Part shown: positions 33,324 to 41,933 of the stretch, one piece after another
Layout of the letters: the number at the start of each line of letters is the position of its first letter
How positions within the stretch are numbered: the first letter of the stretch is position 1
Source: Opitutia bacterium
GTDB taxonomy: Bacteria > Verrucomicrobiota > Verrucomicrobiia > Opitutales > Seribacteraceae
Length of the DNA stretch: 64,000 nt
Assembly: GCA_002721705.1 (NCBI GenBank)
Contig: PBLJ01000022.1
Location: forward strand, 4,482-68,481
Direction: 5' to 3'
Translations under genes and position numbers: made by a program
The notes under the pieces: model-generated
Databases searched by the model: none
Told to the model about the DNA's origin: nothing
Seen by the model: only the letters and a program-made list of their open reading frames with translations

Positions 33324-36095
33324 TCAGCGAGCAGGCACTTTGTTGATTGTCAGGTAAACCAGTTCCTCGAAAACGGAGCCGTCGTCAGCCTTCAAGGCGA
33401 GGTTCATCTTCAATTGATTCACGGGTTGGAGATCAGGAATCTCGAGAAACGCCCCCCGTCCGTTGTCCAAGAGTTTCACGGCGGCAACTATCACCTTGTC
33501 CTGCCCTGTCTTGCCTGGATTGCGAAGAGAGTATTGCTTGGAGCCGTAATTGGCCGCCCACTTGTAATTCCATTGCTTGAGCTGGTAGCGTTGGGGTTCC
33601 ATCGAGGACTTGGCATCCAGTTTGAAGTTGAACTTCAGCTCGATGCCCCCGTTCCGCACCTTGAGATCCGTCAACAATTGGGAAGGTTTTCCAGTATACC
33701 GGAAGCGATGAACGTGGCCCTGTGAAAGCCCCTTTCGTCCACCACCGTTCCATCCGTTCAAGCCGGTGGCGTACACTTGGCCATCCTTGGGATTCACGCG
33801 AGCTCGGTGGATGCCGGTCAAGGCATCCATTTTGAGGCGCACGATGGCGGCTTGGTCCTGGCCTTCCACTTCCTGAAGCATCATGTAATACAGCCATCCT
33901 TTGCCGAAGCTGGTGTGGAGCAAGCGGCCGGACAAGGGCCCCCAGCGAGGATCATCGACCCACAATTGCCCTCCGGATGAATTATCGAAGTCTTGGGGCA
34001 TCCAGATAATGGGCTGGTCGAAGGTTTTCGGAGGAATGACCTTTTTGTGGTCTATCCGACCACCGTCGGGCGCCCAAAGACGCTGTCTGTGGACGTGAGT
34101 CTGGACGTATCCGTAAAATCCGCCGGGCCTGCACAAGCTCACCTTGGACGCAGGCATCCAACTCCCTTGGTTGTCGCTCACGGTCACTCGGCCATCGGGC
34201 AGGATACCCATACCGTTGGGAGTACGAAAACCCGTGCAATGCACCTCGCGTTTCTTGCCATCGGGAGAGACCTTGATCACCGAACCAGCCAACGCATAAG
34301 AAGTATACTGGCCCGACTTGGCATAATAGAGGTTTCCTTCAGCATCCCGTTGCAAGTCGAAGTTGAAGGCGTGGAAAAAAGTCGAGACGTCGTCGTCCGC
34401 GCTGAAGCTTTCGTAGAAGTCCGCTTCACCATCGGAATTGAGATCATGCAGACGGGTGAGCCGATCTTTGCAGGTAACGTAGACCAAGCCATCGATCACC
34501 TGCAGACCGAACGGTTCGTACATGCCCACCGCAAAGCGTTTCCACTTCAATTTCGAGAGCGATTCGTCCACACCGGAGACAATCCATACGTCACCTCCAT
34601 GTGTGCACACTGCCATGCGTCCATCCGCAAAAAAAGCGAGCGCCGAAGTACGAAACCACACCTTGCCGGGTTTGTTGGCAGGCAATGTGAGCGTGTCCAT
34701 CACGTAAGCGGCATCGCCCTTCCCCAGAGAACCTTTGGTCGAGGCAACCTCGGGCCAACGAAGTTTGCCGCCGTGAAGCAACTTGCTCGGATCAGGCACA
34801 TCCCTTTTCACTTTCAAATGCCTGAGGTACCCGCCCATGGAAAGCAACTGGGCATCCGTTTGGGCACTGTAACGAATGACTTGAAAGAGCCTAGGTTTCT
34901 TGGAGGCGGGTATAGTGAGAACCACCCGCCCCTTGGCGTCGAAATCCCAATCCAGTCCATCCGTGTCACCAAAAGCAGCAGCAGCCACGAATCTCTCCAG
35001 AGGACCCTTGGACGGAAAACCCATGACGGCCAAGTGATCGGAGGAGCCCTGCTTGGAGGAAGACACATTCACCGTTGAAGCCTTCGGATCAAGAAATCCT
35101 TGGCGAGCTCCCTCCTGTTCGAATTGGGCTACGCTCAGTTGTAACGAGCGCTGTCCCGGAGCAATGCGCAAGGTGTGAACGATAGCCCCGAAGCCAACCG
35201 CTTTGGATGGCGTTTCGAGCACTTCACGCCCATTGATGGCATAGGACAAAACGACTTTTTCGCCGTGAAGGTAGTGACCTCGATATTCCATCCATTTGGA
35301 GGGCATCGGGCCACGGGGGAGCAGGTCTTCGGTAGGATAATCGAAGCCGCCGTCGTGAGCCCATCGCCATGACTGTAAACCGGGAATGGCATCGCCATCC
35401 ATCGTGGGAACCCCCTCGCCTCTTTCCCTGTAGTGCTGGGTACCGGAAAGCTTGAGAAAACCGCCCCTCCAAACACCCACCTGATCCATAGTGTGCAAAT
35501 TGTAGCTTATGCTGCGCCCGTCTCCCAATTTAACGGTCAGGGCACTGGACAGGTCGCGGCCAAACTGCGAAGCCAAGGCCGGACCGAAATCGCGTTCCTC
35601 TTGCTTGGTGACGTCAGCCACAACTTCAACTTCGGGCAAACCTGCCAAGTACTTAGCCGTCACTGCCTGATACTTGGGATGCATCGACTTCATGAACTTT
35701 TCGCGGATATAGTGTATGACGTCGTAACGCTCGTGCGGCGTCATCCAAGTCTGGGGCCCCATCAAGCCATTGCCCTTGGTCAGGGTCTGGAACATGGAAA
35801 AAGGATCGGTTCCAAACTTCAATTCACCCGTTCCAAAAGCCCTCGCAACTGGCAACGCAGGTTTTTTCCCGTCACTACCATGGCAGTTGACGCAGAGGTT
35901 GGCGTAAATCGCCTCGCCCTTGGTGAAGTTACTTGGACCCAAATCCTTCAGTATCCCAGCATGATCCACGGTATTGGGTTCACTGCTTGCCAGTTGCGCT
36001 GTAACCGAAACGGGCAATGCCAAAAGAGTCAGGAGTCCGATTGCCAGACCCCAGCCCATGAGAAAAAATGGATCGAAGTGGTAGGAAAGACGCAT
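33324..36095 (-). CDS. Secreted haem-c (CxxCH) protein with large beta-propeller/dehydrogenase-like body
   Basis: ORF 33324..36125; preferred start is M11 at 36095 (MRLSYHFDPFFLMGWGLAIGLLTLLALPVSVTA), 2 nt after the PhoX-like stop. Single haem motif ANLCVNCHGSDGK near the N-terminus. The rest is long and beta-rich (DGRMAVCTHGGDVWIV, DGLVYVTCKDRLTRLHDLNSDGEADFYE, DGRVTVSDNQGSW), resembling the Pirellula/Verrucomicrobium membrane-bound-dehydrogenase-type proteins. Confidence 0.7.
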   Translation of the reverse strand: MRLSYHFDPFFLMGWGLAIGLLTLLALPVSVTAQLASSEPNTVDHAGILKDLGPSNFTKGEAIYANLCVNCHGSDGKKPALPVARAFGTGELKFGTDPFSMFQTLTKGNGLMGPQTWMTPHERYDVIHYIREKFMKSMHPKYQAVTAKYLAGLPEVEVVADVTKQEERDFGPALASQFGRDLSSALTVKLGDGRSISYNLHTMDQVGVWRGGFLKLSGTQHYRERGEGVPTMDGDAIPGLQSWRWAHDGGFDYPTEDLLPRGPMPSKWMEYRGHYLHGEKVVLSYAINGREVLETPSKAVGFGAIVHTLRIAPGQRSLQLSVAQFEQEGARQGFLDPKASTVNVSSSKQGSSDHLAVMGFPSKGPLERFVAAAAFGDTDGLDWDFDAKGRVVLTIPASKKPRLFQVIRYSAQTDAQLLSMGGYLRHLKVKRDVPDPSKLLHGGKLRWPEVASTKGSLGKGDAAYVMDTLTLPANKPGKVWFRTSALAFFADGRMAVCTHGGDVWIVSGVDESLSKLKWKRFAVGMYEPFGLQVIDGLVYVTCKDRLTRLHDLNSDGEADFYESFSADDDVSTFFHAFNFDLQRDAEGNLYYAKSGQYTSYALAGSVIKVSPDGKKREVHCTGFRTPNGMGILPDGRVTVSDNQGSWMPASKVSLCRPGGFYGYVQTHVHRQRLWAPDGGRIDHKKVIPPKTFDQPIIWMPQDFDNSSGGQLWVDDPRWGPLSGRLLHTSFGKGWLYYMMLQEVEGQDQAAIVRLKMDALTGIHRARVNPKDGQVYATGLNGWNGGGRKGLSQGHVHRFRYTGKPSQLLTDLKVRNGGIELKFNFKLDAKSSMEPQRYQLKQWNYKWAANYGSKQYSLRNPGKTGQDKVIVAAVKLLDNGRGAFLEIPDLQPVNQLKMNLALKADDGSVFEELVYLTINKVPAR

Positions 36096-36097
36096 TC

Positions 36098-37480
36098 TCA
36101 ATTTCCACGCCTGGCGCTGGCCCAAGGTCCCGTGATGGCCAAGGTAATGCCAGGGCGCTGAACATTGACGAAGAGGGTGGATCCATCCGGCGAGAAAGTA
36201 GCTCCTGCAAATTCGCTGTTGCCGCCTGCATTGCGGGCCAACTTGAAGAACTTGCCTTGCGGGGTAATGCCAACTAGGAATTGCTCCCCGCCGCCATCCT
36301 CGCAGAGAATGAGGTCACCCCATGGCGCCACCGTGAGGTTGTCGCAATTGTCGACGATGTCCTTGTCGTTCGGCTCGGCAAAGAGTTCCAGTTCGTCATC
36401 GGTCAACTTGAACACCTGCCCATGCTTTCGCTTGCCTCCGTTGGTGCAGGCAAAATAGATCGAGCCGTTGCCATACCACATGCCCTCTCCGCGGGCAAAG
36501 CGGGCGGCACCTGCGGCAAACCCGCGTTGGCGCAAGTCGTCCTTGGGGGAATGAACGTCTTTCATTTCAATCCACTTCACTTTCATCTTGTCTCCCAAAG
36601 ACACCTCCTGCCCAGTCCAATTGCGGGTGTCCAAGCTTTTCTTATCCACCACCACGAGCGCTTGCAGCTTTCCGCCCTTGATAAGTTTGCCTGGCTCATC
36701 GGGAAGAAAGCGATAGATCAAGCTATCGTGGCGGTCTTCGGTTTCGTAAACGTAGCCAGTCTTGGGGTCTACGGCGACGGCCTCGTGATTGAAGCGACCC
36801 ATTGCCTTGAGAGGCACTGAGTCTGCAAGCTTGGGTTGAGAAGTTGCGGGCACCTCGAAGCACCAGCCATGGTCTTCGGCGCAAAAGCGACCCGCTTTTT
36901 CGACGGTTTCCTCGCAAGTCACCCAACTGTTCCAAGGCGTGGGACCACCGGCGCAATTGCGCAGGCTACCGGCGAGACTGAGAAACTGGCGCACTTTTTT
37001 TTGTTTCTTAGTGTCGTAGACCAAGGTGGTGGTGCCTCCCAGGGGTGGCCCCGATCTGCCGGGATCATACATGGTCTTCCGCAACTCATCCGCAAGCAAG
37101 GCGTTTCGGCTGCCGAAGGGGCCGGATCCGGCCCCGACGCCAGGACTAACTTCATGATTCCTGACCAATAAGGTAAGGCCGTTGGGTCCGGGGAAAGCAG
37201 CCATACCATCAGGGGCAGCAGGCACGAAAAAACCGTCATCCATCTTTTCACCGGATCGCCCCACGATTTGGTAGGAGAAGCCCTTGGGTAATTCCAAGAC
37301 GCGCTTAGGATCCTTTTGGAGAGGCCCATAGCCATGAACGAGAAGATTGTTTTTTTCTTGGGCCCTTGCGCTGAGGTGCCCCAAGCCGGCAAAGCCCAAA
37401 GCTATAGCTGAAGCTTCATGTAAAAAATGTCGCCGGTTTTGCATATGCTCACGGATATACAGTTCTACAGGATTTGTCAT
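36098..37480 (-). CDS. PhoX/DUF839-family secreted phosphatase-like protein, Tat signal
   Basis: 460 aa. Contains NRRHFLHEASAIALGFAGLG (Tat-like). GGPTPWNSWVTCEE, FNHEAVAVDPKTGYVYETEDR and FAGATFSPDGSTLFVNVQ are characteristic of PhoX/DUF839 beta-propellers. Confidence 0.8.
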   Translation of the reverse strand: MTNPVELYIREHMQNRRHFLHEASAIALGFAGLGHLSARAQEKNNLLVHGYGPLQKDPKRVLELPKGFSYQIVGRSGEKMDDGFFVPAAPDGMAAFPGPNGLTLLVRNHEVSPGVGAGSGPFGSRNALLADELRKTMYDPGRSGPPLGGTTTLVYDTKKQKKVRQFLSLAGSLRNCAGGPTPWNSWVTCEETVEKAGRFCAEDHGWCFEVPATSQPKLADSVPLKAMGRFNHEAVAVDPKTGYVYETEDRHDSLIYRFLPDEPGKLIKGGKLQALVVVDKKSLDTRNWTGQEVSLGDKMKVKWIEMKDVHSPKDDLRQRGFAAGAARFARGEGMWYGNGSIYFACTNGGKRKHGQVFKLTDDELELFAEPNDKDIVDNCDNLTVAPWGDLILCEDGGGEQFLVGITPQGKFFKLARNAGGNSEFAGATFSPDGSTLFVNVQRPGITLAITGPWASARRGN

Positions 37481-37712
37481 GTATCATTTCTCAAGGTAAG
37501 GAGAAATGGGCAGAAGATAAAAGACAGAAGGCAAGCTTCGAGATCGTCCGATCATAAAACCAGCGATTGCCTCGCGAGTTGAAGAGGGTCTTCCACCTGA
37601 ATCGACAAGCCATGGAAATAATCTCGACTTCATGGTTCTTCTTGATCAGACGAATCTAGCTCCAACACCGTAAAGCGATCCTTTCCAACTGCCACGAGGA
37701 ATCCTTCCTGTC

Positions 37713-38669
37713 ATGACCATCGATATTGAAAGAGAAAAGATAAGAGTGGTCGATTCCCATACGGGCGGTGAACCTACCCGGATCGTAGTGGAAGGAGGCC
37801 CTGATCTTGGCAGTGGTTCACTCGCCGAAAGACGACTACGCTTTCAGGAACGTCACGATGATTTCCGAGCAGGGATCGTTCTCGAGCCTCGCGGTTCCGA
37901 CGTATTGGTTGGAGGATTGCTCTGCGAACCCACCGAACCCGACTGCTGCGCCGGCGTTATATTCTTCAACAACGTCGGCATGCTCAATATGTGTGGCCAT
38001 GGCACCATAGGCTTGGCCGTAACCCTCGCTCACCTAGGACGAATCAAGGAAGGAAAGCACCGCCTCGACACGCCAGTGGGAGTCGTTGGATTCGAATACC
38101 ACGGCAATGGATTGGTCAGCATGGAAAACGTTGCCAGCTATCGGCATGCAAAGGGGGTCACCATCGAGGTGGAAGGACATGGTTCAGTGACGGGTGACGT
38201 TGCTTGGGGTGGTAACTGGTTCTTCCTCGTAGGTGAACATGGACAAGCGATCCAACCTTCGAACGTGGATCGGTTGACCGATTTCACTCTACGCGTAAGG
38301 GCGGCCTTGGAACGTGAAGGAGTCACAGGATCTGACAACGGCGTGATCGACCATATCGAACTCTTTGCCCCTAGCGACAACCCGCAAGTGGACTCTCGTA
38401 ATTTCGTACTTTGCCCTGGAGGCGCGTACGATCGTTCTCCCTGCGGCACGGGCACAAGCGCCAAGTTGGCATGCCTGATCGAAGACGGCCAAGTCGCTCC
38501 GGGACGTACCTGGAGACAAGAGAGCGTGATCGGCAGCGTGTTCGAGGCAACCGGAAGAATGGAAGGCGACAAAGTCATCCCGACAATTTGCGGATCCGCC
38601 CACGTAACCGCGGAAACCATTCTTCATTTCAGCGACGAAGACCCTTTTCGAGCCGGCATTGGACAATGA
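37713..38669 (+). CDS. 4-hydroxyproline 2-epimerase (proline racemase family, Cys/Cys type)
   Basis: 318 aa. Contains [19 protein letters not shown], plus the first catalytic Cys in [11 protein letters not shown] and the second in [11 protein letters not shown]. The Cys/Cys pair indicates a racemase/epimerase rather than a dehydratase. Confidence 0.85.
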   Translation: MTIDIEREKIRVVDSHTGGEPTRIVVEGGPDLGSGSLAERRLRFQERHDDFRAGIVLEPRGSDVLVGGLLCEPTEPDCCAGVIFFNNVGMLNMCGHGTIGLAVTLAHLGRIKEGKHRLDTPVGVVGFEYHGNGLVSMENVASYRHAKGVTIEVEGHGSVTGDVAWGGNWFFLVGEHGQAIQPSNVDRLTDFTLRVRAALEREGVTGSDNGVIDHIELFAPSDNPQVDSRNFVLCPGGAYDRSPCGTGTSAKLACLIEDGQVAPGRTWRQESVIGSVFEATGRMEGDKVIPTICGSAHVTAETILHFSDEDPFRAGIGQ

Positions 38670-39913
38670 AGGATTCCACCGTAATCGTCGTGGGAGGCGG
38701 CGTCATCGGGGCTGCTTGCGCTCATTACTTGGTTAAAGCGGGCCGCAAGGTGACGTTGATCGAGAAAGACCTCTTCGGCCATGCCTGCTCGCTCCACAAT
38801 TGCGGATACGTTTGCCCTAGCCATGCGTTGCCCTTGACCGAACCGGGCGCCGTGGGCACCGCGATCCGTGGCATGTTCAAGTCGAATTCACCTTTCTCGG
38901 TAAAGTGGAGGCTCGACCCAAAACTAGCTCTGTGGTTTTTCCGGTTTGCTCGCCGCTGCAACAAGAAAGACATGTTGCAAGGTGGAAAAGCGATCCACCC
39001 GCTCCTGGTTTCGTCATTGAAACTGTGGAAAGAGATAATCCACAAGGACAAGTTGTCGTGCGAATGGAAAAGCAAGGGCTTGCTCTACGCCTATGCCTCG
39101 AAGAAAGCATTCGAGGCTTTTGCGGCTACCGACGAATTGCTGCGGCACCATTTCAACGAGTCCGCCACCCGACACGAAGGAGACGCTTTACAAGAGTTGG
39201 AACCAGCCCTGAAGCCAGGTCTTGCCGGTGGGTGGCACTACGAGGGAGACGCCCACCTGCGTTCCGATTTACTGATGGCCTCGTGGAAGCAAAACCTTGA
39301 ATCGAAAGGGGTAGAGATTCACGAGAAATGCACCTTGACTGGAATCATCGAGAATCCCGATTCATCGGTAACCGTCAGCACTGACCGCAACCTTTTCGAG
39401 GGAAGCCACCTCGTGATAGCAACTGGCGCAGTCACTCCCCACTTGCGAGAAGAACTTGGTTGGCGAGCTCCCATCCAGCCGGGTAAAGGTTACTCCATCA
39501 CCATGCCAAGGCCTAGGATATGTCCCGAAATTCCGGTGATTTTTCCTGAAACCAAGGTGGGAGTCACTCCCTTCGAGTCAGGTTACCGCTTGGGCTCGAC
39601 GATGGAGTTCGCCGGTTACGACGATAGCTTGAATCCGAAACGCTATGGTCTGCTGCTCAAAGGGGCCGAAGACTACCTGCAGGAACCCCATTGCGAACCG
39701 ATCGAAAACATATGGTACGGTTGGCGCCCGATGACTCATGACAGCATACCTATCATCGGGCCGTGCCCGGGGCGCAAAAACGTAATCCTCGCCACTGGTC
39801 ACAACATGCTGGGGCTGAGCATGGCGCCCGGCACCGGAAAACTCGTCACGGAAATGATCACTGGCTCCAAGCCACACCTCGAGCCAGCGCCGTATTCTCC
39901 CGAACGCTTCTAA
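38666..39913 (+). CDS. FAD-dependent oxidoreductase (D-amino-acid / D-hydroxyproline dehydrogenase-like)
   Basis: The ORF track gives 38411..39913. The preferred start is the ATG at 38666, which forms an ATGA overlap with the epimerase stop. The protein then begins [34 protein letters not shown] (Rossmann GxGxxG), and the C-terminal [19 protein letters not shown] is typical of DadA-like enzymes. Confidence 0.85.
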   Translation: MKDSTVIVVGGGVIGAACAHYLVKAGRKVTLIEKDLFGHACSLHNCGYVCPSHALPLTEPGAVGTAIRGMFKSNSPFSVKWRLDPKLALWFFRFARRCNKKDMLQGGKAIHPLLVSSLKLWKEIIHKDKLSCEWKSKGLLYAYASKKAFEAFAATDELLRHHFNESATRHEGDALQELEPALKPGLAGGWHYEGDAHLRSDLLMASWKQNLESKGVEIHEKCTLTGIIENPDSSVTVSTDRNLFEGSHLVIATGAVTPHLREELGWRAPIQPGKGYSITMPRPRICPEIPVIFPETKVGVTPFESGYRLGSTMEFAGYDDSLNPKRYGLLLKGAEDYLQEPHCEPIENIWYGWRPMTHDSIPIIGPCPGRKNVILATGHNMLGLSMAPGTGKLVTEMITGSKPHLEPAPYSPERF

Positions 39914-39926
39914 CTGAAAAGTGCCT

Positions 39927-41933
39927 TCAGCGTGGAGGTGATTGCACCACGATCACCCTTTCGTCAGGAAGTTTCTTTGGCAGGTAGCGAACGGGAACCG
40001 TCCTGATTGGCGTCCCGTCTTGCGCGCTTTCCAAAACCAAAAGTCCCTCCGGCGTGAAAAGCTGTGGTTCTTCCTCCTTATGAAAACGAGTCCAGCCCAG
40101 TAATTTGCCCTTATCGTCATAACGATATTCATCACGCCAATTTCTGACGTTGTCGATGAATGGGTCGACGTAATGGTCTTGTCCGTAATCGATCGAGGAG
40201 AGGCGACCATTCTCGTCGAAGACGCGCTTTTGGTTGGCGGGGAAGTATACGCTGTAAATGGCAGGGGCAGACCAATGTTCTCCATTGCCGACGAAAAGCC
40301 CCACGTCCACGCGATTGGACTCAAGGGCGGACCCGGGAAGAACGGGTCGACGATGATGCCAAGGTACGGTAATTTCCACGACGCTTCCATCTTCGTCCAG
40401 TTTGTCGATTTTTATCTCGTCCTCTTTCCCTCTCAAAACAACCCATCGATAAGTCAACTCCTTGCCGGCCAAGTCACGACTTCCTTGGGCATCCAAGGTG
40501 ATGCTGTGAGTGGGCGCGGTGGTCTTGTAGACGCGAGCCACGGCGCAAGGGGTGTCGAACAGTTTTTGGTGAGGCCGGAAATCAAAGAAATCCTGGGCCG
40601 GGATGGGCTGATCCTCATGCATGGCCTTGAACTGAGCGAAGGGAGGGAGCGAATGCTCCTTGATCGCATGCGCTCGCCGTATCATTCTCACGACGTCGAG
40701 GTTCTTGGAATCGAAGACCGTGGGATGGGCCTTGCCGGTGAAATAATCCTGAGCGGTTTCCAAGTGGCTGTTGCTGCGACGAAAAATCATCTGCATGGAC
40801 GGGCCCAAGAAGCCATTTACGGCAAGCTTCTTCTTCACCTCGGGACGGAAGGCCGCCAAGGTGGCCGCAAACGCGTTCATGAACGCCCGGTCGGAACCCG
40901 ATGAACCTTGGCTGATCACTACGTAAGGCACGTTAGCGGGAAAGACGTCGCCGTATCCCCCTCCGTTTTTCCCGTTAAGCCCGACGTCGTGATCGCGATG
41001 CTCGGGGTAAAAATAGAAATGATTACCAACGTAATGGAGGGCAAGGCGGGCAGCCCCGTTCGGTTGCGTCAAAGCGCCGCGAACTTGGCTCCTCCAATAA
41101 ATGCCGCGAGTCAATGCGGTAGAGGAATTCCCCAGCGTGATCCCGCTGTAAACAAAATGCCTCTGCAAACCGTGATGTAAGTTCCTCTCGCGAATTTTGG
41201 GTCCGAACTGGATTCTAGTCAGTTGCGGGTATGCCCTGAAGTTCATGTTGGAATGGGCGTTGTCGTGGTTATCGTAGAGGTCTCCGGCGTTACCGGCGGC
41301 GGATCCCGCTTCATACCATTTACCCAACAGCTTGCCCACTTTGTCGTCCAAGGTGGTCACTGGTTTCTCAGCCAAGCCATCTGCCACTCGAATCAAACCC
41401 ATGAACATCCCGTTTTTCCTACTGTAACCAAGGTTGGACTCGGTCAGGAGCACGGCTCCGTCCTTGCCCGTGGCCACGGTGGCTTTGGCAAATTGAGGCC
41501 ATGTCGGACCATTCAATGGCTGAGCGGCTTCTTCGAGAACTTTCTTGAATCTGGCATCCTTGCGCAAGTTGATCAGGTCGGGATCCTGCTTGATGTGATC
41601 CGGTTTTCTGAAGCCAACCTCCAAGGAACGATCGAGAAGGGCAAAAGACTCATCGATCTTGCCCTTCAAGGAAAGTACGCAGGCAAGGTTGTAATGAGTA
41701 GTGGGAGACTTTGGATAACGCTTCGACATGGACCGTAGCAAGGCTTCCGCCTTGTCCAGTTGCTTGGTTCTTATGAAGGCGATGACTTGGGTTTCCTCTG
41801 CCTGGAATCGGGGATAGTCGAGGATTCCCAAATGCAACGAGTCGTCACTGAACGCGGGAATGACAAGAATCGCAAACGCTACGGCCAACAAGCCTCCCAG
41901 CGATAGTTTTCGAAAACAGTTGGGTGTCGTCAT
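39927..41933 (-). CDS. Secreted protein of unknown function with a short N-terminal TPR region
   Basis: 668 aa with a signal peptide (MTTPNCFRKLSLGGLLAVAFAILVIPAFS). TPR-like segment: AEALLRSMSKRYPKSPTTHYNLACVLSLKGKIDESFALLDRSLEVGFRKPDHIKQDPDLINLRKDARFKKV. I recognised no family in the remaining ~530 aa. Its start forms an ATGA overlap with the upstream sulfatase stop. Confidence 0.7.
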   Translation of the reverse strand: MTTPNCFRKLSLGGLLAVAFAILVIPAFSDDSLHLGILDYPRFQAEETQVIAFIRTKQLDKAEALLRSMSKRYPKSPTTHYNLACVLSLKGKIDESFALLDRSLEVGFRKPDHIKQDPDLINLRKDARFKKVLEEAAQPLNGPTWPQFAKATVATGKDGAVLLTESNLGYSRKNGMFMGLIRVADGLAEKPVTTLDDKVGKLLGKWYEAGSAAGNAGDLYDNHDNAHSNMNFRAYPQLTRIQFGPKIRERNLHHGLQRHFVYSGITLGNSSTALTRGIYWRSQVRGALTQPNGAARLALHYVGNHFYFYPEHRDHDVGLNGKNGGGYGDVFPANVPYVVISQGSSGSDRAFMNAFAATLAAFRPEVKKKLAVNGFLGPSMQMIFRRSNSHLETAQDYFTGKAHPTVFDSKNLDVVRMIRRAHAIKEHSLPPFAQFKAMHEDQPIPAQDFFDFRPHQKLFDTPCAVARVYKTTAPTHSITLDAQGSRDLAGKELTYRWVVLRGKEDEIKIDKLDEDGSVVEITVPWHHRRPVLPGSALESNRVDVGLFVGNGEHWSAPAIYSVYFPANQKRVFDENGRLSSIDYGQDHYVDPFIDNVRNWRDEYRYDDKGKLLGWTRFHKEEEPQLFTPEGLLVLESAQDGTPIRTVPVRYLPKKLPDERVIVVQSPPR

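Noticed and set aside
24726-37480. Treating the whole 12.7-kb minus-strand run (PhoX-like to sulfatase) as a single polysaccharide-utilisation operon.
   Set aside because: The genes are co-directional with short gaps (2-85 nt). However, the 85-nt and 44-nt spacers could hold promoters, and there is no SusC/SusD-type or regulator gene to define a PUL. It is reported only as smaller coupled units.
38411-38665. An 85-codon N-terminal extension of the FAD oxidoreductase ORF, overlapping the epimerase gene.
   Set aside because: The extension is Arg-rich and out of frame with the well-supported epimerase. The internal ATG at 38666 forms an ATGA junction and places the GxGxxG Rossmann motif at residues 10-15, as expected.
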